Program-made: the position numbers and the translations under genes
Shown: positions 27,981 through 38,175 of the stretch, one piece after another
How positions within the stretch are numbered: the stretch's first letter is position 1
Layout of the letters: each line of letters starts with the position of its first letter
NCBI GenBank assembly: GCA_042569365.1
Contig: JBHPHK010000006.1
Coordinates: 1 to 50,030, forward strand
DNA length: 50,030 nt
Direction of reading: 5' to 3'
Source of the DNA: Patescibacteria group bacterium
GTDB taxonomy: Bacteria > Patescibacteriota > JAUYIX01 > JBHPHK01
The notes under the pieces: generated by a model
Database searches by the model: none
What the model was told of the DNA's origin: nothing
The model's input: the letters and a program-made list of their open reading frames with translations, nothing else

Positions 27981-29258
27981 ATGCTAAAAAAAGTTCTCAG
28001 CATATTCACTGTTAAACAAATCCGCCGCCGAATCCTATTTACTATAGCGATGCTGGTGGTTTTTCGTTTAATGGCGGCGATTCCGATGCCGGGAGTGGAT
28101 GCGGCAGGTTTGGCGGCAGTCTTTGACGGCAACCAACTCTTCGGCCTGTTAAACCTCTTTACGGGTGGCGGTTTGGCGACCTTGTCTATTGCTATGCTTG
28201 GTGTTGGTCCCTATATCACGTCCAGTATTATCATGCAGCTTTTGACGTCCGTTATTCCTCGCCTGGAAGAGCTTCAGAAAGAAGAGGGACAGTACGGTCG
28301 TGCCAAGATCAACCGCTGGACTCGCTATCTATCGATTCCGCTTGGTGTGGTGCAGGCATACGGAACTCTGGTCTTGATCCGTAGCCAAGGAGGAGAAATA
28401 TTTACAGACTTTTCGATCGCAACTTTGATCGTCACGATTGTTATCGCAGTCGGTGGCTCTGTCTTACTGATGTGGATCGGTGAGATGATTAGCGAGAAGG
28501 GGATCGGCAACGGCGTTTCCTTAATTATTTTTGCCGGTATTTTAGCGGGTGCACCAAGTAGCGTTCAAACATTTTTCACAAACTATGATCCGTCCCAGCT
28601 CGGTACGATCATTGGTTTCTTGATCATTGGCCTTGCTGTGATCATGGGAGTCATCTTTATCACGGAAGGACAGCGGAATGTTCCGATATCCTATGCACGC
28701 CACCATAAAGGCAACCGGCTTTTTGGTAAGATTGCGACGCACTTGCCTTTGCGCGTAAATCAGGGAGGCGTGCTGCCGATCATCTTTGCGATTTCTATTC
28801 TGCTCTTGCCGGGTGTTGTGGCGGGATTCTTTGTTAACTCCGATATTACCTGGCTGGCGGCATCTGCTCAGTTCATCGTGGAGATTGCCCAAAATCCGGT
28901 GGTCTATAGTTTGACTTACTTTGTTTTGGTAATGGCTTTTACATATTTCTATACCGCTCTGATGTTCGATGCCAAGAATGTAGCCGAAAACGTCCAAAAG
29001 TCTGGTGGCTTTGTTCCGGGTATCCGTCCGGGAGAACCAACCGCCAACTATCTGCGCTATGTAGTGAACCGCATCACGTTTGCAGGTGCTATCTTCTTGG
29101 GTGTCATCGCCATTCTGCCGTTCTTGATGCAGACCTCCAGTAGTGTTGCATCGTTCACAATCGGCGGTACGAGCCTCCTGATCGTTGTCTCTGTTGCTTT
29201 GGAGACTATGAAGCAGATCGAGGCGCAGATGATTACACGCGACTACGAAACATTTTAA
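27981..29258 (+). CDS. secY: Preprotein translocase SecY
   Basis: LGVGPYITSSII, GIGNGVSLIIFAGI, GGFVPGIRPG, GGTSLLIVV. Confidence 0.99.
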   Translation: MLKKVLSIFTVKQIRRRILFTIAMLVVFRLMAAIPMPGVDAAGLAAVFDGNQLFGLLNLFTGGGLATLSIAMLGVGPYITSSIIMQLLTSVIPRLEELQKEEGQYGRAKINRWTRYLSIPLGVVQAYGTLVLIRSQGGEIFTDFSIATLIVTIVIAVGGSVLLMWIGEMISEKGIGNGVSLIIFAGILAGAPSSVQTFFTNYDPSQLGTIIGFLIIGLAVIMGVIFITEGQRNVPISYARHHKGNRLFGKIATHLPLRVNQGGVLPIIFAISILLLPGVVAGFFVNSDITWLAASAQFIVEIAQNPVVYSLTYFVLVMAFTYFYTALMFDAKNVAENVQKSGGFVPGIRPGEPTANYLRYVVNRITFAGAIFLGVIAILPFLMQTSSSVASFTIGGTSLLIVVSVALETMKQIEAQMITRDYETF

Positions 29259-29261
29259 GTT

Positions 29262-29918
29262 ATGGCCAAGCTCCCTGATATTATATTGATGGGCCCTTAT
29301 GGTTCCGGCAAAGGAACTCAGATTTCTTTTTTGGCGGATAAATATTCATTCGTCCGGTTTGAGATCGGCAAAGTGCTTCGTGAAGAGGTTGTTCAAGGAA
29401 CAGAGATCGGCAAACGTTCCGAAAAACCAATGAATGCAGGAGAATTGGTGGATCCAAAAGATATTTTGACGCTAACGCAGCGGTTTATTAACAAAACTGA
29501 TCCCAATACAACAATTCTCTTCGATGGAATACCGAGAGGTTTAGAACAGTACGAAGGTTTTCTGCAAATCACCAGGGAAGCCGGCCGCAAGCCAATTCCG
29601 TTATACATCAGTCTTACTCCTGAAGAGTCGCTTCGTCGTCAAATGACGCGCAAAATTTGTTCAGCCAACGGAAATAATATCGACGCTAAGCTTACTGTAG
29701 AAGAATGCGAGAAAATGGGCGGAGAAGTGATCGAACGGGCAGAGAACGATCCGGAAGTTGCGGAGAGGCGTACAAGAGTCTATGCAGAGCAGGTCATGCC
29801 GATGATTGAAAAATTTCGCGAGGCAGATGAGCGCTTTATCGAAATAGACGGGATGGGCACCAGAGAAGAAATTCATTCAAATATAATGCAAGCACTCAAG
29901 CCTTATGTCCAAGATTAA
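29262..29918 (+). CDS. adk: Adenylate kinase (divergent)
   Basis: GPYGSGKGTQ P-loop, GELV, LFDGIPR; position after secY. Confidence 0.9.
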   Translation: MAKLPDIILMGPYGSGKGTQISFLADKYSFVRFEIGKVLREEVVQGTEIGKRSEKPMNAGELVDPKDILTLTQRFINKTDPNTTILFDGIPRGLEQYEGFLQITREAGRKPIPLYISLTPEESLRRQMTRKICSANGNNIDAKLTVEECEKMGGEVIERAENDPEVAERRTRVYAEQVMPMIEKFREADERFIEIDGMGTREEIHSNIMQALKPYVQD

Positions 29919-30651
29919 GTCAGAGAAAGACATTGAAATTTTGAGGAAGGCTGGAAAGCTTCTAGCACAAGTATTGCAGGAGTTGAAAGAGCGCGTAAAA
30001 CCAGGTATTAAAACAGAAGAGCTCGATAGATATGCCCACGACCGGATTCGGGAGCTTGGTGGCGAGCCGGCTTTTTTAAATTATAGAGGGTTTCCAGGAT
30101 CGATCTGTATAAGTCTTAACAACGAAATTGTGCATGGAATTCCGGGTCCACGTGTATTGGAAGATGGAGATATAATCAGCTTGGACTTCGGAGTAGAGTA
30201 CAAAGAGCTTTTTGTGGACGCAGCGATCACGGTACCGGTAGGGGAGATTGATCCGAAAATTGCCCACCTGATGGAGATCACTAAAGACTCCCTTAAAAAA
30301 GGCATCCAGCAAGTGCGTGACGGGAAAACTGTCGGCGATATCGGAGCAGCTGTCGAGGAGTGCGCCAAGCCGCATCGTTATGGCGTGGTGCGTGTCCTGA
30401 CCGGTCACGGCGTCGGTCATGCGATCCATGAGCCGCCGATTATACCAAACTTCGGTACGCCGGGTGAAGGCGAGAAGCTTGAAGCAGGTATGGTGATAGC
30501 AATCGAGCCGATGTTTACCCTTGGTACGCATGAGGTAGAGCTTCAGCCGGACAAATGGACCTATGCCACCGCTGATGGATCTATCGCAGCCCACTATGAA
30601 CACACAGTCCTGGTCAAAAAAGGTGGATCAGAAATCCTAACTATTCTATAA
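29905..30651 (+). CDS. map: Methionine aminopeptidase type I
   Basis: VHGIP, GHGVG, HEPP, IEPM, AHYEHT. Confidence 0.97.
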   Translation: MSKIKSEKDIEILRKAGKLLAQVLQELKERVKPGIKTEELDRYAHDRIRELGGEPAFLNYRGFPGSICISLNNEIVHGIPGPRVLEDGDIISLDFGVEYKELFVDAAITVPVGEIDPKIAHLMEITKDSLKKGIQQVRDGKTVGDIGAAVEECAKPHRYGVVRVLTGHGVGHAIHEPPIIPNFGTPGEGEKLEAGMVIAIEPMFTLGTHEVELQPDKWTYATADGSIAAHYEHTVLVKKGGSEILTIL

Positions 30652-30658
30652 TTAAGTC

Positions 30659-31066
30659 ATGTCACGCATCTTAGGCATCGACTTTGGAACAAAAAGAGTA
30701 GGACTGGCCCTCTCAGATGAGAGCGGGACTTTAGCGCGTCCTTACACAGCATATGATAATAATTCCGATCTGATCGAACAGTTGATCTTATTGGTTAAAC
30801 AAGAGAAGGTAGAAACAATTGTAGTCGGAAAGCCCTTGACCATGGGCGGTAAAACTGGAGATACTCTTAAACGAACAGAATACTTTACAGAACAATTAAG
30901 GCGCGCACTTCCAGACACACAAATAGAATGGCAAGACGAGCGCCTTTCGACAAAAGAAGTTACGTTCCAGCGCATCCGTTCCGGCTGGTCGAAGAAAAAA
31001 CGCCAGAGCAGGAAAGACGCACAGGCCGCCGCGAATATCCTGCAAGTATATTTAGATAAAAAATAA
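30659..31066 (+). CDS. ruvX: YqgF/RuvX putative pre-16S rRNA nuclease
   Basis: ILGIDFGTKRVGLALSD, DERLST, DAQAAANILQ. Confidence 0.95.
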   Translation: MSRILGIDFGTKRVGLALSDESGTLARPYTAYDNNSDLIEQLILLVKQEKVETIVVGKPLTMGGKTGDTLKRTEYFTEQLRRALPDTQIEWQDERLSTKEVTFQRIRSGWSKKKRQSRKDAQAAANILQVYLDKK

Positions 31067-31097
31067 AAAACCCCGCTTTAATTCACGGGGTTTTATT
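31064..31097 (+). terminator. Terminator closing the spc/secY-ruvX unit
   Basis: TAAAAAACCCCG..CGGGGTTTTATT. Confidence 0.65.
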
Positions 31098-31220
31098 GAT
31101 GCTCATTTTATATTATTTAGGTTAGTCATCCACTTGTCTGTAAGCGTATTTCGTGTTCTAATAAATATACAAAGCTTAAGGAATTGAGCAAACTATTAAT
31201 GTTTTTAATATAATTTTAGT

Positions 31221-32720
31221 ATGGCTAAAAAATCACTTAATGTAGCCTTTTTTGTGTCAGAAGCGGCGCCGCTTGCAAAAGCTGGTGGTCTTGCTGATGT
31301 TGCCGGAAGTTTACCGATTGCATTAGAAGAAAATGGCGTTGAGGTTTCACTATTCTTGCCAAAATACGACATTATTGACTTAAAAAACTATAAACTGGAG
31401 CCAGCATGCGATAAGGCGAAAACAAGTTGTTCGCGAGAACTGAAAGCGGGGGACGAACAAAAAGAATTCAAGATTTGGAAAACAAAGCTCCCAAATACAA
31501 AAGTAGACGTCTATCTGATCGAAAATGAGGAATATTTCGATCGGGGCGGCATCTATGATGTTGATGGAGACTATTTCAAGGACAATGCCGAGCGTTATGT
31601 ATTTTTCGACAATGCTTGCTTAGTGGCGTTGAAAGAAATAGGACTAAAACCCGACGTAATCCACTGTCAGGATTATCAAACTGGTCTTGTTCCAGCGCTA
31701 CTCAAACATAAGTACCAAAAAAAGGATGCAGAATTTTACGCTGGTATCGCAACAGTCTTTACGATCCATAACCTTGCTTATCATGGCGATGCCGATCCGA
31801 GCATTCTAAAGTTTGCCGGTCTTGCTGAAGAGCAAGATCCGCTGTTTGGCTATGACCTTCAAGACGGCGATATCGATCTGATCCTAGAGGGTATTGGTTC
31901 GGCTGATATTATTAACACTGTGAGCGAAAAGTATGCCGAGGAGATATTAACAAAAGAGTACAGCGCAGGCATGGAAGATATCTTAGAGAAGCGCAAAGCA
32001 GATCTGTACGGAATACTTAACGGTCTTGATCAGGATAAATTTAATCCCGAGACCGATCCAGATATCGCGGCTAATTTCACAGTGTCCGACTTGAGCGGAA
32101 AAGCGAAAGCCAAGGCCGCTCTCCAAAAAGCGAACAAGCTAAAAGTGGATCCTGATGTTCCTACGATCGGAATTGTATCTCGCGTAGCCTGGCAGAAAGG
32201 CTTCGATATCTTGGGAGATATTGCTGATGAGCTCGCCAAGCGTGATATTCAATTGTTTCATCTTGGAAACGGGGAGGAAAAATATGAAAAGATATTGCAT
32301 GAGATGGGTAAAAAATATCCGGATAAATTTGCGATGAATGTGATCTTCGATACAGTCATGGCGCGCGAGATTTATGCTGGTGTTGATATGTTTTTGATGC
32401 CGTCCCGCTATGAGCCATGCGGCCTCGGGCAGATGATCGCGATGCGCTACGGAACTGTACCGGTCGTGCGCAAGACCGGAGGCTTGGCTGACACAGTCAA
32501 GGACTACAATGAAGATCCAGCGAGCGGAAACGGATTTGTTTTCGAGGAATACTCAGGTGAAGCGATGCTAAAAGCAATCGATCGTAGCCTTGAGCTTTAT
32601 AAAGAAAAAAAGACCTGGCAAGAGTTGGTCAAGCGCGATATGCAGATTGATTTTTCCTGGGATGCGCGTGTACAAAAATACATCGAGCTTTACGAAAAAG
32701 CCATTAACAAACATAAATAA
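31221..32720 (+). CDS. glgA: Glycogen synthase (GT5)
   Basis: KAGGLADV, FTIHNLAY, PSRYEPCGL, KTGGLADTV, DFSW. Confidence 0.96.
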   Translation: MAKKSLNVAFFVSEAAPLAKAGGLADVAGSLPIALEENGVEVSLFLPKYDIIDLKNYKLEPACDKAKTSCSRELKAGDEQKEFKIWKTKLPNTKVDVYLIENEEYFDRGGIYDVDGDYFKDNAERYVFFDNACLVALKEIGLKPDVIHCQDYQTGLVPALLKHKYQKKDAEFYAGIATVFTIHNLAYHGDADPSILKFAGLAEEQDPLFGYDLQDGDIDLILEGIGSADIINTVSEKYAEEILTKEYSAGMEDILEKRKADLYGILNGLDQDKFNPETDPDIAANFTVSDLSGKAKAKAALQKANKLKVDPDVPTIGIVSRVAWQKGFDILGDIADELAKRDIQLFHLGNGEEKYEKILHEMGKKYPDKFAMNVIFDTVMAREIYAGVDMFLMPSRYEPCGLGQMIAMRYGTVPVVRKTGGLADTVKDYNEDPASGNGFVFEEYSGEAMLKAIDRSLELYKEKKTWQELVKRDMQIDFSWDARVQKYIELYEKAINKHK

Positions 32721-33731
32721 ATGTCAGAATTACGCAGAGACTTAATCACAGATCGTTGGGTTGATATTGCGACAGTTCGCGCAAAAAGACCTGATGCTTT
32801 CGTAGGCAAGGCGCATACGGCTGATAAGCATGACAAGGGCAGGTGTGTTTTCTGTCCGGGAAACGAAGAGATCGTCGGTGATGAGCTCTTCGTAACGCGT
32901 GACAAAGGAAAACCAAACGATCGCAATTGGAAGATTCGTGTCGTGCCAAATAAATTCCCATCCTTTGCTCCGCTAGATAAGCTTGATCGTCGCAAGGTCG
33001 GACCATATTCTATGCAGAATGCATCTGGCAAAGCAGAAGTAGTCTTGATGCGCGACCGCAATAAATTTGAAGCACAGATGACGGCGCAGGAAGTTGGTGA
33101 TCTGATATTAGCTTACCGAGAGCGCTACCGAGACTTGGCAGATGACAAGCATATTAATTACATATTGATATTTAAGAATCATGGTAAGCAGGCTGGTGCC
33201 TCGATAGCACATCCACACTCGCAGATCTACGCGCTACCGATCATTAGTGACGCAGTCCAAGATGAGCTCACGACGGAAAACAAATACTTCAAGACGCATA
33301 AGAAATCAGCCTTAAGCGCAGCTATTCAATTTGAGAAGCGCAACAAAAAACGTATCGTCTTTGAAAATAAAGACTTTATCGTCTTTTGTCCATTTGCATC
33401 GAGCGCGCCGTTTGAGATGCGCGTTGCGCCTAAGAAGTATGAACAACGTTTTGAAGACATCAAAGACTCTCAGCTGGAGCTTGCTGGCGAAGCTTTGCAT
33501 AAAGCACTCAAAGGCTTGTACTACGGATTGAAGAATCCACCATTCAACTATTACATTCATAGTGCTCCGGCGATGAATAAGAATTTCCCAGGACATCACT
33601 GGCATCTTCGCATCATCCCGCGACTTGCAATTCGTGCTGGTTTTGAGCTTGGCACCGGAATTATTGTCAACCCGGTCAAACCTGAAACAGCCGCTGCACA
33701 CTTACGCAAATTTGCTCGTCGTAAAGTATAA
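32721..33731 (+). CDS. galT: GalT-family (HIT) hexose-1-phosphate nucleotidyltransferase
   Basis: ELRRD..RAKRP, CVFCPGNE, NKFP, GASIAHPHSQ, AGFELGTG. Confidence 0.88.
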   Translation: MSELRRDLITDRWVDIATVRAKRPDAFVGKAHTADKHDKGRCVFCPGNEEIVGDELFVTRDKGKPNDRNWKIRVVPNKFPSFAPLDKLDRRKVGPYSMQNASGKAEVVLMRDRNKFEAQMTAQEVGDLILAYRERYRDLADDKHINYILIFKNHGKQAGASIAHPHSQIYALPIISDAVQDELTTENKYFKTHKKSALSAAIQFEKRNKKRIVFENKDFIVFCPFASSAPFEMRVAPKKYEQRFEDIKDSQLELAGEALHKALKGLYYGLKNPPFNYYIHSAPAMNKNFPGHHWHLRIIPRLAIRAGFELGTGIIVNPVKPETAAAHLRKFARRKV

Positions 33732-33734
33732 TTC

Positions 33735-34199
33735 ATGATCTTTGGCGCCGAAATCATAACCGTTTTACTTGCGATCGCTCCGATCGGCGAGCTTCGCGCC
33801 GCCATTCCTGTTGGAGTTAGTATGGGTCTTGTTCTTTGGTATGCCGTCGTCATTAGTGTCATTGCAAATATTTTAATCGGCCTGTTGCTTTTGCTTTTGC
33901 TCGATCCGATTGCAAAATTCTTGCGCAAATATATTCCGATCTTCGACCGTTTCTTTGACTGGCTCTTCAAAAGAACGCGCCGCAAAACAGCCAGCAAAAT
34001 GCAACGCCTTGGCAGGTTCATGGGAATCTTTGTCCTCGTCGGCATTCCGTTGCCGGGCACAGGAGCCTGGACCGCCGCTGCCGCCGCCTTTGTCTTTGGA
34101 ATCAAGTTCAAAGTTGCATTCCCAGCCATCGTCTTAGGCATATTTGTTGCGGCAACGATCACAGCCCTGGTAACCGCGGGTGTAATCTCGCTCTTTTAA
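33735..34199 (+). CDS. COG2426 small multi-drug export family membrane protein
   Basis: PIGELRAAIP and GIPLPGTGAWT signatures. Confidence 0.88.
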   Translation: MIFGAEIITVLLAIAPIGELRAAIPVGVSMGLVLWYAVVISVIANILIGLLLLLLLDPIAKFLRKYIPIFDRFFDWLFKRTRRKTASKMQRLGRFMGIFVLVGIPLPGTGAWTAAAAAFVFGIKFKVAFPAIVLGIFVAATITALVTAGVISLF

Positions 34200-34208
34200 A
34201 TTCGAAAT

Positions 34209-34955
34209 ATGCGCAAACCTTTCATTGCCGCCAACTGGAAAATGCACCTCACAACTGACGAAGCTGTAGCTTTGGCAGAGGAAGTGAGCGCAGAGCTTTC
34301 CAAACAGAAGAAAGTCGACGTCGTGCTATGTCCTTCCTTTACTCTTTTAGGCAGCATCGCGAGAAGTAAAAACAAGCTCCCGCTGGGAGCCCAGAACATT
34401 TACTTTGAAGAAGAGGGAGCTTTCACAGGCGCAATAGACGCAAAACAAATTAAAGAATTTGCTGAATATGTAATCGTCGGCCATTCAGAGCGCAGGCAGA
34501 TTTTTAAAGAGACAGACGAAGATGTTAATAAAAAATTAACCACGGCACTTAAAAATCAATTGACTCCTATCTTGTGCGTTGGCGAGGATCTCAAACAGCG
34601 AAGCAATGGCGAGGCAAAACCCTTTGTGACAGACCAGATCGTTGTTGCCCTCCAGGGCCTTACAAAAGATCAGGTATCCAAAATTGTTATCGCGTATGAA
34701 CCTATTTGGGCGATCGGTACAGGAGTAGCTGCTGAAGCTAAAGACGCGGAAGACATGGCGGCGCATATTAGAAGCCTGATAAGTCGTCAGTACGATATCG
34801 AAACAGCGGACGAGGTACGCGTGCTGTATGGAGGGAGCATTAAACCTGATAATGCAGCAGAATTTTTCACACAAGATAATGTCGATGGAGGTCTTGTAGG
34901 CGGAGCCAGCTTAATAGCCAAAGACTTTATCAAAATAGTTAATTCAATCTTATAG
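34209..34955 (+). CDS. tpiA: Triosephosphate isomerase
   Basis: ANWKM, GHSERR, AYEPIWAIGTG, YGGS, VGGASL. Confidence 0.98.
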   Translation: MRKPFIAANWKMHLTTDEAVALAEEVSAELSKQKKVDVVLCPSFTLLGSIARSKNKLPLGAQNIYFEEEGAFTGAIDAKQIKEFAEYVIVGHSERRQIFKETDEDVNKKLTTALKNQLTPILCVGEDLKQRSNGEAKPFVTDQIVVALQGLTKDQVSKIVIAYEPIWAIGTGVAAEAKDAEDMAAHIRSLISRQYDIETADEVRVLYGGSIKPDNAAEFFTQDNVDGGLVGGASLIAKDFIKIVNSIL

Positions 34956-34972
34956 TTAAATAACTTAAAAAT

Positions 34973-35851
34973 ATGCTCTCAAATGTAAAAGCGCTCATGC
35001 GCGAGGCTAATAAGAAAAAATATGCTCTTCCCGCACTTAATATGGGCAGCCTTGAGTCGCTTCAAGGAATTATTCAGGCGGCCGAGAAGATGCGCTCGCC
35101 AGTTATAGTCCAGACTTCTGGCGGCGAATATAAACACTTTGGTGCTGACTTGGTGGTAGATCTAGTCACTTTCTTTGCGAAGAAAGCAAGCGTGCTAGTC
35201 GCGATGCATTTAGACCACGGCCATTCTTTTGAAGACGTGAAGACTGCCGTCAAAGCCGGTTATACATCGGTGCATATCGACGGCTCAGCTCTGTCACACG
35301 ACGAAAATATTAAGCTCACACGAAAAGTAGTAAACTATTGCAGGCCACGCGGAATTTTTGTCGAAGGCGAAATCGGGCATGTAGCAGGGACATCTGTACC
35401 GTTCAAGAATATTAAGGCCGAGACAATGGCGAAGCAAAATGTTTTCACGGACCCGGACGAAGCGCAAGCTTTTGTCAAAGCCACTGGCGTGAATACGCTG
35501 GCAGTAACTTTCGGAAATGCGCATGGTGTTTTCTCAGCAGCTCCCAAACTCGACTTTGACTTGCTTAAAAAAATTGTCAAGAAGGTGCCAGTGCCGATAG
35601 TTCTTCACGGAGGATCTGGTATTCGCCCGGTCGATTTCAAAAAAGCAATCAAACTTGGAGTCCGCAAAGTAAATATGAATACATATCTCCGTATGGCCTA
35701 TCACGACACACTTCACAAAATGGTCTGCAAAAAGAAAGACGTCTTCAAGCCGTATGACATTTTGCCGCCAGTCATAAATGAAATAGCAAAAGTTGCCGGC
35801 AAACACATGGAGATCTTTGGATCAGCCGGAAAAATAAAAACCCGCAAATAA
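34973..35851 (+). CDS. fba: Class II fructose-bisphosphate aldolase
   Basis: HLDHG, VEGEIG, GNAHG, VLHGGSG, KVN. Confidence 0.93.
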   Translation: MLSNVKALMREANKKKYALPALNMGSLESLQGIIQAAEKMRSPVIVQTSGGEYKHFGADLVVDLVTFFAKKASVLVAMHLDHGHSFEDVKTAVKAGYTSVHIDGSALSHDENIKLTRKVVNYCRPRGIFVEGEIGHVAGTSVPFKNIKAETMAKQNVFTDPDEAQAFVKATGVNTLAVTFGNAHGVFSAAPKLDFDLLKKIVKKVPVPIVLHGGSGIRPVDFKKAIKLGVRKVNMNTYLRMAYHDTLHKMVCKKKDVFKPYDILPPVINEIAKVAGKHMEIFGSAGKIKTRK

Positions 35852-35877
35852 TCATTCACTCAACTAATAAAAAATAT

Positions 35878-36960
35878 ATGTCACCAGCAAACTCAAAAAA
35901 AATCCGTCTTGCCATTAACGGCTTTGGTCGTATCGGCCGCGCCGCTTTTAAGGTCGCGGTAGAAAATCCACACATTGATATTGTAGCGATCAACGATCTC
36001 GTCCCAAAAGAGAGTTTGATCTATCTTCTTAAATACGACACAGCCTACGGTCCGTATCCCCACGAAGTGACCGCGACAAAAGACGGCTTCAAGATTGATA
36101 AGGAAGAGGTACAATCCTTCAGCATTCCAGAGCTCGAGAAGCTTCCATGGAAGGACCTGGATATCGATGTTGTGATCGAGTGTACAGGTGTCTTCACAGA
36201 ATATGACAAAGCCAAGCTTCATGTGGAGAAGGCTGGCGCCAAACACGTCATCATTTCAGCTGCTACAAAAGATGAAGAGATCAACACTTTTGTACAGGGA
36301 GTAAATGCAGATGATTTTGATGCATCGAAGGATATTGTATCATCCTTGGCATCCTGTACCACCAACTGCATCACTCCGGTCACAGAAATTATCCACAGAG
36401 AGCTAGGAATCGCAAAGTCGTATATGACGACGATCCACGCCTATACTTCCACACAGGCGCTCGTGGATGGTCCGCATAAAAAAGATCCGCGTCGCGGACG
36501 GGCAGCCGCTGCTAATATCATTCCGACCAGCACCAGCGCCGCGATCGCAACGACTAAAGTCATCAAAGAACTTGAAGGAATGTTCCAAGGCGTAGCCTTG
36601 CGCGTCCCGGTTATTACCGGATCAATATCTGACATGACCTTTATAGTCAAAAAGAAAACGACTAAAGAAAAGGTAAACAAGATCTTGAAGATGAACGCCA
36701 ATTCTCCGCGGTATAAAGGCATCCTAGGATACTCTGAAGACCCATTGGTTTCATCTGACATTATCGGCCGTTCAGAGTCTTCGATTGTTGACTCAACTTT
36801 GACTGACGTAGTCCAAGATGACTTAGTGAAAGTCTATTCCTGGTATGACAACGAATGGGGCTACAGCAATCGCTTAATTGATCAGGCAGTCCAGATCGGT
36901 ACCGGCAAACCAGCGAACGGTAACGGAATCGACTATCAAAATACGCTAGTCAAAAAATAA
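35878..36960 (+). CDS. gap: Glyceraldehyde-3-phosphate dehydrogenase type I
   Basis: INGFGRIGR, ASCTTNC, WYDNEWGYS. Confidence 0.98.
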   Translation: MSPANSKKIRLAINGFGRIGRAAFKVAVENPHIDIVAINDLVPKESLIYLLKYDTAYGPYPHEVTATKDGFKIDKEEVQSFSIPELEKLPWKDLDIDVVIECTGVFTEYDKAKLHVEKAGAKHVIISAATKDEEINTFVQGVNADDFDASKDIVSSLASCTTNCITPVTEIIHRELGIAKSYMTTIHAYTSTQALVDGPHKKDPRRGRAAAANIIPTSTSAAIATTKVIKELEGMFQGVALRVPVITGSISDMTFIVKKKTTKEKVNKILKMNANSPRYKGILGYSEDPLVSSDIIGRSESSIVDSTLTDVVQDDLVKVYSWYDNEWGYSNRLIDQAVQIGTGKPANGNGIDYQNTLVKK

Positions 36961-36981
36961 TTATCTAAAATCACTAAATCT

Positions 36982-38169
36982 ATGTTAATAGACCAACTGC
37001 CACTTCTTTCAGATTCAAATGTCGAAAATTTGACCGCCCTAGTGCGTGTTGATATGAACGTGCCGATCCAGCACGAGAATGTTGCCGATGACACGAAGCT
37101 TCTCGCGATCATCCCAACGATTGAATATCTGATGGCTGAAAATGCCAAGATAATCTTAATGTCGCATCTCGGTCGTCCCGAAGGCAAAGTTAGTGAAGAG
37201 TTGCGCCTAAATATTCCAGCTGCCAGACTTGAGGAGTTGTCCGGGAAAATTGTTCATAAGCTCAACGAAACCAGCGGTCCAAATGTCAAGAAGTTATTGA
37301 GCAAAATGAAACCGCAAGAAATCTATCTTCTGGAAAATGTTCGATTTGATCCTCGCGAAGACGTTGGCGATATTACGCTAGCGCAAGAAGTTGCTGAGCT
37401 AGCAGATATTTTCGTAAACGATGCTTTTTCGGTCAGTCACAGAGACCACGCGCTAGTTACGAAGATCGCTACACTCCTGCCGCACTACGCCGGCCTGAAT
37501 TTAGAAAACGAACTGCGTATTCTAGAGCCAGTCCGGGATAATCCGCACAAACCATTAACGGTAATCATCGGTGGCGCTAAGCTAGTAACAAAAATTGGCT
37601 TGATCAAAGAATTCATGAAGAAGGCAGATACAATCATGGTGGGTGGTGCGTTGGCAGCAAATTTTCTTGCCGCGGAAGGATTGGATATTGGAAAGTCTTT
37701 ACATGATCCAAATTTGACTGCAGAAGCAAAGCAAATTATCACAGATGCAAAAACGCAGGGCGTCAATTTAGTTCTGCCTAAAGACGTACTGGTAGCGGGA
37801 GGTTTGGAAGATACCGATGGTGCGGTCATCGTGCCGATTACAGCAATTCCTGAAGATAAAATGATCTTAGATATAGGACCGCAGACTCTTAAGGTTTTTG
37901 AAACAGAAATAAATAAAGCTAAGACTGTAATCTGGAACGGGCCGATGGGCGCTTTCGAAACTCCACCTTTTGATACGTTCACAAAAAAACTGGCCGAGCT
38001 GATCGCGCAGAGTAAAGCCGACAGTTATATCGGCGGGGGTGAGACGGTCGAAATAGTCAACGATCTTGACTTGAACTCTGGTTTTACGCATATATCGACA
38101 GGCGGGGGAGCGATGCTCGAGTTTATGGAGGGCAAACCGCTTCCTGGCATAGATGTATTAATGCAATAA
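36982..38169 (+). CDS. pgk: Phosphoglycerate kinase
   Basis: RVDMNVP, SHLGRP, LENVRF, WNGPMG, ISTGGGA. Confidence 0.98.
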   Translation: MLIDQLPLLSDSNVENLTALVRVDMNVPIQHENVADDTKLLAIIPTIEYLMAENAKIILMSHLGRPEGKVSEELRLNIPAARLEELSGKIVHKLNETSGPNVKKLLSKMKPQEIYLLENVRFDPREDVGDITLAQEVAELADIFVNDAFSVSHRDHALVTKIATLLPHYAGLNLENELRILEPVRDNPHKPLTVIIGGAKLVTKIGLIKEFMKKADTIMVGGALAANFLAAEGLDIGKSLHDPNLTAEAKQIITDAKTQGVNLVLPKDVLVAGGLEDTDGAVIVPITAIPEDKMILDIGPQTLKVFETEINKAKTVIWNGPMGAFETPPFDTFTKKLAELIAQSKADSYIGGGETVEIVNDLDLNSGFTHISTGGGAMLEFMEGKPLPGIDVLMQ

Positions 38170-38175
38170 TTCAAT

